Origin: the human T2T-CHM13v2.0 reference genome, Homo sapiens
Assembly (NCBI RefSeq): GCF_009914755.1
Contig: NC_060932.1
Strand: one strand, 5' to 3'
DNA: 64,000 nt
Below, one piece after another: positions 31,379 through 46,589 of this stretch (its first letter is position 1; each line of letters opens with the position of its first letter). Below the pieces are notes generated by a model that did not search any database, was not told the origin of the DNA, and saw nothing but the letters and a program-made list of their open reading frames with translations. The translations under genes and the position numbers were made by a program.

Positions 31379-32513
31379 ATTTTCATTTAAGTAATTTATT
31401 TTCAATTAGGGTAGTGAGCAGTATAAGGGTGAGGATGGTAGAGAAGTACATGATAGATACTGTCTGTCTGATGGCAATAAAAGATTATTGGACTGGCTGC
31501 CCTCCGATTCAGGTGAGTGTAAGCAGGTCAGCCACTAGGGTTCATAATAGGCATTAACTTAATGGCCGCAATATTATGCTTTGTTGTTTAGACTTGTGAA
31601 ATATGGGAATACTGCTAGAATGAGAATGGAGAATACGAGGGCCAGTGCGCTTCCTAATTTGTAGGGATAGATCACAATATTGCATATGCAAACAAAAAGT
31701 ACCACTCTGGCTTAATGTGGGGTGGGGTATTGAGGGGGTTGGCTAAAGGGTAATTATCAGGTTTGCTCAGGAGATCAGGCAAAAATAGTATTAGAGTTAT
31801 TAGAAGGAGGAGAAGAAAAATTAAACCTAGAATATCTTTGGTTGTACAGTAGGGGTGGAAAGTGATTTTGTCGGGATCTGATGAAACCCCTGAAGGGTTG
31901 TTAGATTCTGTTTCATGCAAGAATAAAAGAACAGTTGCGAGCACTATAATGATGAAGGGTAAGATGAAATGGAAGGTGAAAAATCGTGTGAGGGTGGCTT
32001 TGTCAACTGAGAATCTGCCTCAGATTCGTTGTACAATGTCAGTTCCAATATATGAGATGACTGATAGTAGATTTGTAATTCCTGTAGGGCCTCAGAATGA
32101 TATTTGGCCTCATGGGAGCACGTAGCCCATGAATGCTGTTGTTATAGTCGTGAATAGGAGGATAATGCCAATATTTCAGGTTTCTAGGAATGGAAATGAA
32201 CCGTAGTATAAGCCTCAACAACATGTAAGAAGAGGCAGATGAAAAATATTGAAGCCCCGTTGGCATGAAAATAGCAGACCATTCAGCCTTAGTTTACATC
32301 TTGGCCAATATGAGCGACTGAAGAAAAGGCAGCTGAGGTGTCTGATGTATAGTGCATGGCCAAAAATAATCCTGTGATGATCTGGAGAATTAGGCAGGCA
32401 CCAAGAAGAGAGCCGAAGTTTCATCATGTGGAAATGTTAGGTGGTGTGGGAAGATCATTAAATGAGTAGCTAATAATTTGTATTAGTGGATGTGTTTTGC
32501 AGGTATTGGTCAT
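31379..32513 (-). pseudogene. MT-CYB: NUMT cytochrome b pseudogene, full length, frameshifted
   Basis: [10 protein letters not shown]..., [23 protein letters not shown]. Confidence 0.96.
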
Positions 32514-32517
32514 TAGT

Positions 32518-32586
32518 GTTCTTATAAATGTAGTACAAAAATGGTTTTTCATATCATTAGTCATTTTTATAGTTCATGTGGGAATA
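32518..32586 (+). tRNA. MT-TE: NUMT copy of mt-tRNA-Glu
   Basis: gttctt...atggtttttcatatcattagtc...gggaata, between CYTB and ND6. Confidence 0.85.
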
Positions 32587-33011
32587 ATGGCATATGCTTT
32601 ATTTTTATTAAGTATTCTCTGGTTATAGGGTTTTTAGGTTTTTCTTTGAAACTTTCTCTTATTTATGGAGCCCTAGGGCTAATTATTAGGGGTGCTGTGG
32701 GTTGTGATATACTGTTGAATTTTGGTGTGGGTTTCGTGGGGTTAATAGTCTTTTTGATTTATTTGGAGGGCATGATTGTTTTTGGTTATACTATGGCTAT
32801 GGCTATTGAGGAATATCCTGAAATATGAGGGTAAAGTATTGACATTTGAGGGGCTTTCTTATTAGGATTATTAATAGAGTTGATGTTGGTTCGATGAATA
32901 GTTGAGTACGATGTGGTATTCACGATTGATTTTAATAGCGTAGAGAGTTGGGTTATTTTTTAGCATGAGGGGGCAGGGTTATTGCCTGAGGATTCTGTAG
33001 GTGTCGCTGCC
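32587..33011 (+). pseudogene. MT-ND6: NUMT ND6 pseudogene, 3' truncated
   Basis: MAYALFLLS..., [25 protein letters not shown]. Confidence 0.93.
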
Positions 33012-36000
33012 TCATTCAGGAGATGAAGGCCTAGTACTCAGGTGTTGAGACTTTTTGGCTTAAATTTCTTCCCATGGGTGCACTGTGACATATCACCGAG
33101 TTAGAATTGTAATAATGTGACTCTTCTGCCTGGACCCTGCCAACAGGGGATATTATCACATATATCTGGGCCTATAAGGGGGTTATTTGTCTCTCCTGCC
33201 TCTGCCCCCAGAGGAGATTGTGTAATATCGTTTGACTTAACATCTAGGGTAATATGACCCTCCTCTCCTGCCTGGGTCCTGCTCACCAAAGAAATTGTGA
33301 CATACCACTGATAGCAAAACCTAAATGATGTCACTGTCCTTCATATTCTAGACTCTGCCAAGAGAGAGGATTACTACATATTGCAGAGCCCAGCACCTAG
33401 GTGGAGTGACTTTCCTCTTCTTCTTCCCTGTCTATGGTGGGCTTGGTGACATACTTTGAGGTTGTACCCAGGAGATGTGACTCTTCTGGCTAGACCCAGC
33501 CTACAAATGAGATTATACTGTATCACTGGCTGAGCACCCAGGTGATGTGACTCTGTTGGCTTGTCCCTGCTCACAGGTGAAATTGTGACATATACCTGGG
33601 TTAAGCACACATGCACAATAATAACTCTCATACCTAGATCCAGAAAGTAGAAATAATTGACACTCATAGCCAGTCTCGTGGCCATGGGTAAAGTCCTCAG
33701 TTTTTCACTTGTATAAAGTTCATGAAGGGTTAAGAGTGTCATAACAGAGACCAGCAACTAAGTGAGAATATGATTCTTCTATGCACATCTGGCTGACATG
33801 ATTGTCGTGCTCACACATGAACAGGGCCTAGGAATGAGGTACTAAATCTCACACATAAAAAGCAGTCAAAAGTTGAAATAATTACTCTTATACATGGATC
33901 TGATTCACAGGTGAATTGGTAATATTTGAACCATGATTCAGCACACCTGTGGTGCTGTGAGTTCTTTACTGGAACACAATTTTCAAGTGGGATTGGGGCA
34001 GTTATACATGGATCTTGCCCATTGTTGAGATTGTGACTCCTCTACTTCCACCCAAACCACAGAAAGTGTTGACTCACATACAGGAAACCAGGATTTGTGT
34101 GGGATATGAAACTTATTTCTGAGCCTTTCTGAGAGCGTGATTGGGACAGTTAACTTTGCCCAGCACATGAATAATTTGACTGTCTTTTCTAGGCCCAGAA
34201 CACAGATGAAATTGTGCCATATGTGGAACAAGCAGCTAAGCAATATGTAATACCTTCCTTGGCTTAGCCTACAAAGGGTACTTTTATATATCACTGGGAC
34301 CATCATCCAGGTGATGTGAGTTATCTGCCTAGAACCTGCCTACAAAGAGAATTGTGTCTTAAATCTAGGTCTATCACATAAGTGATGTCACTCCCTTCTA
34401 CTGCCTTAGCCCTGCACTTAAACAGTGCATTGTGACACACAACTGGGCACTTCACACAGGTAATGTGATTCTCCTTTTTGGGTTCTGCCAACAGGAAGCA
34501 TTGTAACATATCACTTGGCTCAGCACGTGATGTTTCTTTGCTTTTGACTGGGCTCTGACCACAGGGTATTGTGACATATTGCTGGGTTCAGCACAAATGT
34601 GAGGTCACTCTCCAGGCTTGGTACTGCACAGAACAGACATTGTGACATATATCTAGGCAAATTGCCTAGAAGTGAATCCCCTCTCCTGCTTAAGTCCTTC
34701 CCACAGAGAGCGGTTTGATATGTCACTGAAACCAGCATCCAGGTGATGTGATTCTTCTGCCAGGGTCCTGCCCACAAGGTGGATTGTGACATCTCACTGG
34801 ACCTGCACACACATAGGTGATGTAACTTTCTTGCCTTCTCTCTGGCTGCAGGTGGTATTGCTCCATATGCCTGAGACCCTAACAAAAGCCTAATTACAAC
34901 TCATATGCCTGGAGCCAGGACATGTGCAGGATGGTGAGTCTTATTCTTAAACCTTTGCAAAAGTGTACTAGTGACATATACCTTTGCTCAGCTCCTGAAT
35001 GATTTAAAAATTCTACCTGGGTATATCCCTCAAATCAGATTTTGACAGATACTTAGGCAAAGCACCTTGGTGATTTGACTGTGCTATATTAACAATGTCC
35101 TCTGAGGGGACTGTAACATATTTCTGGACTCATCATCTAGGTTACATGACTCTCATCTCCTGCCTGTACCCTGCTTCCTTTGGTAATTGTAGCATTTCTA
35201 AGCACTGCATCCAAATGATATAACTGTCTTGCCTGGGCCCTGTCTACAAGAGGCATTGTGACATATTTGGAGGCCCATCATTTGGATGACAAGACTCTCC
35301 TCTCCCTGCTTGGACACTGCCCACAAAGGACATTGTGCCACAGAGCTGGACCAAGAGCACAAGTTATGTGACATTTCTGACAGGACCCTGCCTACAAAGA
35401 GAATATTGGAATATTTCTAGCCCACCATTTAGCCCTGAAGTGGCTGTTCTGCCTGCTTCATAATCACAGAGGGAATCGTAATATATACCTAGGCATGGGT
35501 CACAGACATGATAATGACTCTCATATGTGGACTCAGCCAACAGAGGATATTATGACTCTTATAACTAGGTTTAGGGACATGTGTGATGTCCTAGATCACC
35601 TTCTTGTAAAAAGGTTACAAAAGATTACAACATTCTCACATATTTTACAAAGTCTTTGGGTTATACAGACAGAGTAAAAGTAGGGCTCAGCACACAGGCG
35701 AAATTGTGAGTCTTTTATGCAGAACCAGCTGACAGTAAGGACTGTCGTTATCTCACATGGATGAAGCGAACTGTCACACATGAAAACAAGACATGTATGG
35801 TATTGTAAATCTCATCTTTGGAATTTTCTGACAGCATGATTGTGCGGTATAAATCTTTTCTAAGCACCTGTGTAATTTGACTCTCCAGACTTGTTCCAGC
35901 CCATAGAAGGGACTGTGATATCTACCTAGGCCAACCTCCAGGTGATGTGACTCTCCTGGCTGGGCCCTTCTCTCAGTAAGGATTGTGACATATCACTGGA

Positions 36001-38631
36001 TCTAACACTCAGGTGATGCTACATTCTTGCCTGCACCATGCCTACCACAATTATTGTAACATATTTCTGTGTCCACCTCATAGGTGATGTAACTTTCCTC
36101 TCTGGAATGGGTCCTGCACAAAGGAATGATAGTAACATATTGCAAAGCCAGACACACAGGTGAGGGTACTCTTTTGCCAAAGCCATGCCCAAAGGAGGAC
36201 ATTTTGACATATCTCTCAGCCTATCATCTAGGTTATGTGGCTCTCCTACTTGGGCCCTGCCAGCCTGGAGAGTGACACATTTCTATGCCAGGCACACAGG
36301 TGATGGTACTCTTTTGCCAGGGCTTTGCTTCATAGAGGACATTGTGACATAACCCTGGGCCTATCACCTAGGTGAGGTGACTCCCTCCTTGGGACCTACC
36401 CACATGGAGCATTGTGGCATAAGAGAGAACCAGCACCTAGGTGATGTAACTCTCTTGCCTGGGTGCTGTCCTAAGAGAGCCTTGTGACATATCTCAACAC
36501 CCAGCACTCAAATGATATGGCTCTTCTGCCCAGTTTCTGCCCACATATTAAATTGTGACATATTTCTAGGGAAGCATCTAGGTGATATGACTCTCCTCAT
36601 CTGCCTGAGTTCTGCCTACTGGGGACATGGGGACATATCTGTGATCCCATGACCTAAGTGATATGCCTCTCTTCCTCTGCCTGGGCCTTTAAAATGGTGG
36701 GATTGTGACATATTGCTGAGCCCAGCATTCAGGTCATGTGACTCTACTCTTTTTTGTGAACCATGCCCACAAAGGGAAATTTTGACCTATTGCACCCAGA
36801 TGATGTTACTCTTCTGATAGAGTCCTGAAAAAAGAGGGAATTATTGCATACTGGTGGGCCCAGCTGCTGATGATGCTACAGTCCTTCCTGTGCCAGAGCC
36901 ACAGACAGTATTTTGACATAATTTCGGCCCATTTGGTAGGTACTTTGGCTCTCATCCCTTGGCTAAGCTTTTCCACATTTGGAATTGGGTCATATTGCTG
37001 GGTCCTGCAACTAGTTAATATGACTCCCCTTTCTAGGTTCTGCCTAGAGGGGGCATTGCGACATATTACTTGACACATCACCTAAGTGTTGTTACTCTTT
37101 TCCTAATTTTTTGCCCAAAAATGGGATTATGACATATACCTTTCTTCATTTCACAGCCATGATGGTCCAAGTTATATTGGGATTCAGCCAATAGAAGATA
37201 TTTTGCCTGTCATCCCTAAGCTTAGGACAATAGGTAAAATCCTGGGTTGCATATTTGTACAAAGCTCACAGAAGTTTACAACACTTACTCATAATGTATA
37301 AACTTGGGTGGTACAGACAGTTTCATAACAAGGCCCGGCAAAAAGTTAAGATTGTGACTCTCAATTACACACCCAGGTGAAAGTAAAATCTGTCACCATC
37401 CCACATTTACAAAGCCCACTGTTGCAGTACTGAGTCTAATAGGTGAAAACAGTACAAAGATGGAATTTTGACTCTCATATGTGCATCGGGCCACAGGTGC
37501 GATTGTGACTCATTTTTGGATCCATCTCACAGGCATAAAATGTGTCTCATTCCTGAACTTGGCCCAAATGAGAGATGTTGACTGTCATACCTAGGTTTAA
37601 GTCAATGTATAAAATTTTGACTCCATATGAACGTGTGGGCCTCAGAGTGGTTTGCAACTCTGATGCATGCCGTATAAAGCCCTCGGATGTTGTAGAGGGT
37701 TTCATGCAATTACCTAATATGCATGACATTGTGACTCTCATATAAACACCAAGCTATCAGTTAAAGGTGTCACCATCAAAGATGAGGAGACTGTGTCATG
37801 TCACTGGGCCTAGTACCCAGGTGTTAAAACTTTTCCTTTAATTGTATCGCAAGTGTGCATTGTGACATATCGTTGGGTCAGAATCATAATAAAGTGACTC
37901 TTCTGCCTGGGCCCTGTCAAAAAGGGATATTATCACATACTTCTGAACCTATCAGCTAGGTGATTTTTCTATTTTTCCTGTGCTTTGCCCACAAGGAACA
38001 TTGTGACATTGCTGGACGTAGCATCTAGGAAATGTACTCTCCTCTCCTGCCTAGGCCCTGCCCACTAAAGGAATTGTGACATACCACTGAGTGCAAAACC
38101 TAGGTAATGCAATCTGCTCTTTATTCTGGAGTCTGCCAAAAGAAGGGATTATTACATATTGTTGAGCCCAGCACCTAGGTGGTGTGACTCTCCCCTTTTT
38201 CTTCAACCCTGTCTGCAGTGGACATGGTGCCATATTACTTGAGGCTGTACCCAGGTTATGTGACTCTTCTGACTTGGCCCTGGCTGCAAAGGAGATTATA
38301 ATGGATCTTAGCTCAGAATCCAGATAATGAGACTCTTCTGCCTTATTTCTGCCCATGGGTGAAATTGTGATATAAGGAGAGATATTTTGACTGTCATAGC
38401 CAGTCTTATGGCAATAAGTAAAGTAATAGGTCTCATAATTGTATAAAGTTCACAGATGATTATGACACTCAGGCATACCATATAAAGTCTGAGTGGTACA
38501 GCATGTCATACCAGGGAACAGCAACCAGGTGAGATCATGACTCTTGGATGGACATCTAGCTGACACGATTGTCATTTTCACAAGAACACATACAAATAAG
38601 GTACTAAATGTCACACAGAAGAGCAGTTGAA

Positions 38632-38944
38632 GGCTAGGCACTGTGGCTCATGCCTGTAATCCCAGCATTTTGGGAGGCTGAGGTGGGTGGATCATCTGAG
38701 GTCAGGAGTTCAAGGCCAGCATGACAAATATGGTGAAACCCAATCTCTACTAAAAACACAATAATTGGCTAGGCATCATTGCATTTGCCTGTAGTCCTAG
38801 CTACTTGGGAGGCTGAGGCAGAAGAATCACTTGAACCCAGGAGGCAAGGGTTACAGTGAGCCAAGATTGTGCCACTGCACTCCAGCCTGAGTGACAGAGG
38901 GAGAATCTGACTAAAAAAAACAAAAAAACAAAAACAAAAAAAAA
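38632..38944 (+). mobile_element. AluS (Sx/Sz-like), full length, diverged
   Basis: ggctaggcactgtggctcatgcctgtaatcccagc...gatcatctgaggtcaggagttc; A-rich tail; TSD only degenerate. Confidence 0.93.
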
Positions 38945-41900
38945 CAGTTCTCAAAGATTGAAATTGTTCCTCTCATACACGGATCTGACCCATGGGTGTA
39001 TTGGTGATGCATAATTCAGCACACCTGTGAGGCTGTGACTCCCCTACTGGAACACAATCTTGCAGTGGGATTGGGCATCTTATACATGGATTTTGCCCAT
39101 TGATGAGATTGTAACTCTTCTCTTTGACCGCACTCATAGGAGGTGTTACTCACATACACAAAGCCAGGACTCGTGTGGGACTGTGAAACTTATTTCTGAA
39201 TATTTTCTAGTGTGTGATTAGGACGTAAAAGTTAGCCCATCCCCTTGAATAATTTGACTCTTTTTTAGGCCATGACCACAAATGAAATTGTAACATACTT
39301 GGACTATACACCTAAGCAAAGGTGACTGGGCCTGCCTACAAAGGGCACTTTTATGTATCACCTGGGACCAGCACCCAAGTGATGTGAATTCTTTGCCTGT
39401 TCCCTGCCTATAAAAAGCACTGTGGCTTATATCTAGGTTCATCATGTAAGTGATGTGACTCCCTTCTACAGCCTTGGCCATGTACTTATGGTGCATGGTT
39501 ACACATAACTTGGTACTGCACCCAGGTGATGTGACACTCTGTTTTGGGTCCTGCCAACAGGAAGCTTTGTAACACGTTGCTTGGCTGAGCACCTACATGA
39601 TGTTTCTCCTCTCTTGCCTTGCCCTGACCACAAGGGAGATTGTGACATATTGCTAAACCCAGTACCAAGGCGAGGTCACTTTCATACCTTGGTCCTGCAC
39701 ATAGCAGCCATTGTGACACACATCTAGGCCAATTGCTTAAGTGAAGTGAGTCTCCTCACCTTCCTAAGCCCTGTCCAGGGGGAATTTTGATGTATCACAA
39801 AAACCAGCATCCAGTTGATGTGACTCTTCTTCCAGGGTCCTGCCCACAAGAAAGATTGTGACATCTCACTGGACAAGCACCCACCCAGGTGACGTGACCT
39901 TCCTGCTTGCTCTCTGCCCACAGGTGATATTGTGCCATATACCTGAGACCAGATAAGAGGACTAATCATGACTCTTAAACCTGGAGCCAGGTCATATGCA
40001 AGATAGTGTCCCCATTCTTGGAAATTTCCACCAGTGTTATTGTGACATATATCTTTTCCTAGCTCCTGAGTGATTTAATAATCCTGCCTAGGGTAGCCCA
40101 CACATGAAGTCTGGACATTTACCTCAAGTGAGACCCTTGGTGATTTGACTCTCCTGTCTTAACAATATCCTCAGGAAGGATTGTAACATGTTTCTGGACC
40201 CATTTTCTAGGTTACCTGACTCTCCTCTCCTGCCTGGACCCTGCTTCCACTGGGGACTGTAGCATTTCCAAGCTCTGCATCCAAATGATAAGACTCTCTT
40301 GCCTGGTCCTTTCAACAGGAGATATTGTGACATATCTCTGGGTGATATGAGTCTCCTCTTCTGTCTGGATATTGCCCACAAGGAGCATTTTGCCATACAG
40401 TTGGACGTAGCCCCAAAGTTATGTGACTTTTCTGCCAGGAACTTGCCTGCAAGGAGAATATTGGAAAATTCTGGCTCAGCATTTAGGTGACATGGCTGTC
40501 ATACCTGTTTCATTACTACAGAGTAAATTGTGACACACACCTTAGCACAGCTCACAGGCATGATAACGACTCTTATATGTGAACCCCACAAATAGGAGTA
40601 ATTTTGACTCTCATAACTTGCTTTAGAAACACGAGTGATTAAATCTCTTTCCGGTAAAAAAAAAAAAAAGTCACAGAACATTATAACAGCCTCAGATATT
40701 TTATAAAGCCATTGGCTTGTACACAGAGTGTCATAACAGAACCCAGCAGGAAGGTGAAATTGTGAGTCTCATATGCACACCCAGCCAACAGTAAGAACTG
40801 TTACTGTCTCACATATATGAAGCCAACTGTTACTCATAAAAACAGAACATTTGTGGTATTGTACATCTCATCCTGGGAATTTTCTGCCAGTGTGATTGTG
40901 ATATAAATTGTTGCTGAACACCTGTGTGATTTGACTCTCCAGACTGGTTAGAGCTGGCATATGTTATTGTGATATCTACCTGGGCCAACTTCTAGGTGAT
41001 GTGACTCTCCTGCCTGGGCCCTGCTCTCAGTGAGAATCATGAAATATCACTAGATCCAGCACCCAGGGCATGTTACATTTTTGCCTGAGCCATGCTCACA
41101 GAAATCACTGTGACATATCACTGTGTCAAACACTAAGGTGACATAACTCTCCTCATAGAATGTGCCCTGCACACAGTGGGAGATAGTGACATATGGCTGG
41201 GCCAGGCACACGGGTAACAGTACTCTTTTGCTAGGGCCGTGTCCTAAAGAGGGCATTGTGACAAATCTCTGGGCCTATCACTTAGGTGATGTTGCTCTCC
41301 TGCTTGGGTCCTAATTACCTGAATAGTGACATATTACTAGGCTAGGCTCACAAGTGATGGTACTCTTTTGTCAGGGCCATGCCTCAAGGAGGACATTGTG
41401 ACAAGTCTTTGGAACTATCACCTAGGTGATGTGATTCCCTGCTTGAACCCTGCCCACATGGAGCAATGTGACATATGGGTAGAACCTGCACCTATTTGTT
41501 GTAGCTCTCTTCACATGTTAGATTGTGTCATATACCTAGGGAAGCATGTAGGTGATAGGTCTCTGCCAACAATGGATATTATCACTTATCTCTGGGTTTA
41601 TAAGCTAGGTAATTTGTGTCTCCTGCCTGTGCCCTGTCCCCAGAGGACATTGTGACATGTTGTTTGGCTTAACATCTAGGTAATGTGACTCTACATTCCT
41701 GCCTGGGTCCTGCTCACCAAAGAAATTGTGACTTACCGCTGATTGCAAACCCTAAATGATGTGACTGTCCTTCATATTCTAGACTCTGCCAAGAGAGGGG
41801 ATTATTACATATTGCAGAGCCCAGCACCTAGGTGGAGTGACTCTCATCTTTTTCTTCTACCCCGTATATAGCCAGCTTGGTGACCTACTATTTGAGGCTA

Positions 41901-44900
41901 TACCCAGGTAATGTGACTCTCCTGTCTTGTCCCTGCTCACACATAAAATTGTGACATATACCTGGGTTAAGCACACATGCACAATAACTCTCATACCTGG
42001 ACCCAGCCAGTAGAGATTTTTGACTCTTATGGTCAGTCTCACGGCCATTGGTGAAGTCCTGGGTTTTTCACTTGTATAAAGTTCACAAAGGATTATAACA
42101 CTCAGGTATAGCATATAAAGCCTTAATGGTACAGACTGTCATAACAGGGACCAGCAATGACATAAGAATGTGACTCTTGTGTGCACAACTAGCTGACACG
42201 ATTACCATTCTCACACATGAACAGGACCTAGGAATAGGGTCTAAATCTCACAAATAAAAAGCAGTCGAAGGTTGAAATAATTACTCTCATACATGGATCT
42301 GATTCACACGTGGTTTGGTAACATTTGAACCATGATTCAGCACACCTGTGATGCTGTGACTGCCCTACTGGAACACAATCTTCAAGTGGGATTTTGGATC
42401 TTATACATGGATCTTGCCCATTGATGAGATCGTGACTCCTCTACTCAGACCCAACTCATAGAAAGAGTTGACTCACATACATGAAACCAGAACTTTTGTG
42501 GGATGTGAAAATTATTTCTGAACATTTCTGAAAGTGTGATTGGGACAGGTAACTTTGCCAGCACATGAATAATCTGACACTCTTTTTTAGGCCCAGACCA
42601 CAGATGAAATTGTGCAATATGTGGAACAAACACCTAAACAATATATAACACCTTCCTTGGCTCTGTCTACAAAGGGCACTTTTATATATCACTGGGACCA
42701 TCAACCAGGTGATGTTAATTATCTTCCTGAAACCTGTCTACAAAGAGAGTTGTGTCGTATACCTAGGCCCGTCATGTAAGTGATGTCAGTCCCTTCTACT
42801 GCCTTGGCCCTGCACTTACAGTGCATTGTGACACATAACAAGGTACTGCACACAGACGATGTGATTCTCCTTTTTGGGTTCTGCCAAAAGGAAGCATTGT
42901 AATAAATCGCTTGGCTCAGTACCAAGGTGATGTTTCTTTGCTTTTGCCTGGGCCCTGATAACAGGGAGATTGTGATCTATTGCTGGGCCCAACAAAAATG
43001 TGAGGTCACTCTCCAGCCGTGGTACTTCACATAAGCGCCATTGTGACATGTATCTAGGCCAATTGCCTAGGTGAAGTGAGTTTCCTCTCTTGCCAAAGTC
43101 CTGCCCACAGAGGGGGTTTTGATATGTCACTGAAATCAGCATTCAGGTGATGTGACTCTTCTGCCAGGGTCCTGCGTACTAGGTGGATTGTGACATCTCA
43201 CTGGACCCGCAACCATGTAGGTCATGTGACTTTCATGCCTTCTCACTGGCCACAGGTGATGTTGTGCCATATAACTGAGACCGTATCAAAAGCCTAATAA
43301 CAAGACGTATGTCTGGAGCCCCGATATGCACAGGATGGTGAGTCTTATCGTTCAACTTTTCCACAAGTGTAATTGTGACATATACCTCTGCCCAGCTCCT
43401 GAATTAATTATTCTGCCTAGGTATCGCCCACAAATGAGAATTTGACAAATAACAGAGCCAAGCACCTTGATGATTTGACCGCGTTATCTTAACAATGTCC
43501 TCTGGAGGGATTGTAACATATTTCTGGACCCATTTTCTAGGTTACATGACTCTCCCCTCCTGCCTGTGCCCTGATTCCTTGGTAACTACAGCATTTCTGA
43601 GCACTGCATCCAAATGATATGACTGTCTTGCCTGGGCCCTGTCAACAGGAGGCATTGTGACATATTTTGGGGCCCATCATTTAGGGGATAAGACTCTCCT
43701 CTCCTGCTTGGACACTGCCCACAAGGGACATTGTGCCACAGCGCTGGACCTAGCACACAAGTTATGTGACGTTTCTGACAGGTCTGCCTAAAAAGAGGAT
43801 TTTGGAATATTTCTGGCCCAGCATTTAGGTGATGTGGCTGTCCTGCCTGCTTCATAACCACAGAGGGGATTGTAACATATGCCTAGGCACAGCTCACAGG
43901 CATGATAATGACTCTTATATATGGATTCAGCCAATAGAGGATATTTTGACTTTTATAACCAGATTTACATACATGCATGATGTCTTGGATCACATTCCTG
44001 TACAAAGGTCACAAAAGATTACAACACTCACACATATTTTACAAAGTCTTTCGGTAATACAGACAGAGCCAAAGCAGGGCTCAGCACACACGTGAAATTG
44101 TTAGTCATGTATCCAGACCCAGCTGACAGTAAGGACTGTCATCATTTCACATGGATGAAGCCAACTGTGACACATGAAAACAGAACAAGTGTGGTATTGT
44201 GAATCTCATCTTTGGAATTTTCTGACAGTACGATTGTGATACAAATTTTTTCCAAGCAACTGTGTAATTTGACCCTACAGAGTTTTTCCAGCACATATAT
44301 GGGATTGTGATGTCTACCTAGGCCAATCTCAAGGTGATGTGACTCTCCTGCCTGGGCCCTTCTCTCAGTAAGAATTGTGACATATCACTGGATCTAGCAC
44401 ACAGCTGACGTTACATTCTTGCCTGTGCCATGCCCACTAAAATTATTGTGACCTCTTTCTGTATCCACATATAGGTGATATAACCCTCTTCTCTGGAATG
44501 GGCCCCACACAAAGGAAGGATAGTGACATATTGCAAGCCCAGGCACACAGGTAAGGGTACTTTTTTGCCAGAGTCATGGACAAAATAGGTCATTGTGACA
44601 TATCTCTGGGCCTATGACCTAGGGTAAGTGACTCTCCTGCTTGGGCCCTGCCAACCTGGAGTGTGACATATTTCTAGGCCAGGCACACAGGTGAGGGTAC
44701 TCTTTTGCCAGGGCTATGCTTCATAGAGGACATTATGACATATCTCTGGGCCTATCACCTAAGTCAAGTGACTCCCTCCTTGGGCCCTACCCACATGGAG
44801 CATTGTGACATAAACAGAGAACCTGTACCTAGTTGATGTAACTCTCTTGTCTGGGTGCTGTCCTAAGAGAGCCTTTTGACATATCTCAGGACCCAGCACC

Positions 44901-46589
44901 CAAGTGATGTGGCTCTTCTGCCTCATTTCTTCCCACATGTTACACTGTGACATATTCCTAGGAAAGCAGCTGGGTGATATGACTCTCCTCTTCTGCCTGA
45001 GCCCTGCCTACTGGGGACATTGGGACATCTCTGTGCCCGTGATTTAAGTGATGTGACTCTCTTTTTCTGCCTGGGCCTTCACAATAAGAAGATTTTGACA
45101 CATTGCTAAGCACTCAGAATATGTGACTCTCCTCTTTTTCCCAAATCATGCCCACCAAAAAGGAATTTTGACCTATTGCAGAGCCCAGCACCCAGATGAT
45201 GTTACTCTTCTGCCTGGGATCTGCATAAAGCAGAAATTACGGCATATTACATATTGCTGGGCCCAGCACCCTTATGTTGTAACTCTCCTGCCTGTGCTGG
45301 AGCCGCCGAAAATATTTTGACATATCTTGGGCCCATTATGTAGGTGTTTTGGCTCTCATAACTTGGCTGTGTTTTTTCCACATGTGGGATGGTGTCATAT
45401 TGCTGGGCCCAGCATCCAGTTAATGTGACCCAATTTCCTATGCCTTGCCTAGAGAAGGCATTGTGACATATCGCCTGGCACAGCACCTAAGTGATGTTAC
45501 CCTACTGCCTAGTTTTTTGCCCACAAATGGAATTATGACATATACCATGTTTCAGTTCCAACTCATGATGATTATACTTATACTGGGATTCAGCCAATAG
45601 AAAATATTTTGCCTCTCATCTTTAAGCTTAGGTCGATAGGTAAGGTCCTGAGTTCCATGTTTGTACCAAGCTCACAGAAGCTTACAACACTAACTTATAT
45701 TGCATAAACTCTTTCTTGGTAGAGAGATTCAACAGGGGCAGCCAAACATTCAGATTGAAACTCTTCATTACACACCCAGGTGAAATTAAAAGTTGTCACC
45801 ATCCCACATTTACGCAGCCCACTGTTGAGGTCCTGAGTCTAACAAGGGAATACAGTTCAAAGTTTTAATTGTGACTTTTATATGTGGATCTGGACACAGG
45901 TGGGATGGTGACTCATTTCTGGACCCAGCCCACAGTTACAATAATGGGTCTTCTCCCTTAATCCTGCCTGTAGGTGAGATGTTGACTATCAAACCTGGGT
46001 TTAGGCAATATGTACGACTGTGAGTCCATATGAGCTTTTAGGCCTCAGAGAGGTTTGCAACTCTCACGCAGGCTTTATAATGCCCTTGGATGTTGTAGAG
46101 AGTGTAATACTTTGGCCCAACACACAAGTGAGATTGTGACTCTAAAATACACACTCAGCTAAAAGTTAAAGTTGTCACCCTTAAAGATGAAGAGATTGTG
46201 TCATATCACTGGGCCTAGTACCCAGCTGTTGAGATTTTTTGGCTGGAATTCCTTTTCATGGGTGCATTTTTACATGTTGCTGGGTCAGAATCATAATAAT
46301 ATGACACTTCTGCCTGGGCCCTGTCAATAGGGGATATTATCACATATCTCTGAGCCTAATAGCTAAATGATGTGTTTCTCCTGCCAGTGCCCTGCCCACA
46401 AGTAACACTGTGACATATCGCTAGGTATAGCATCTAGGTAATGTGACTCTCCTCTCCTGCCTGGATCCTGCCCACTGAAGAAATTGTGACATAACACTGA
46501 GTGCAAAACCTAGGTGATATGACTCCCCTGTTTGTCCTGGACTCTGCCAAGAGAGAGCATTATAACATATTGCTGAGCCCAGCACCTAG

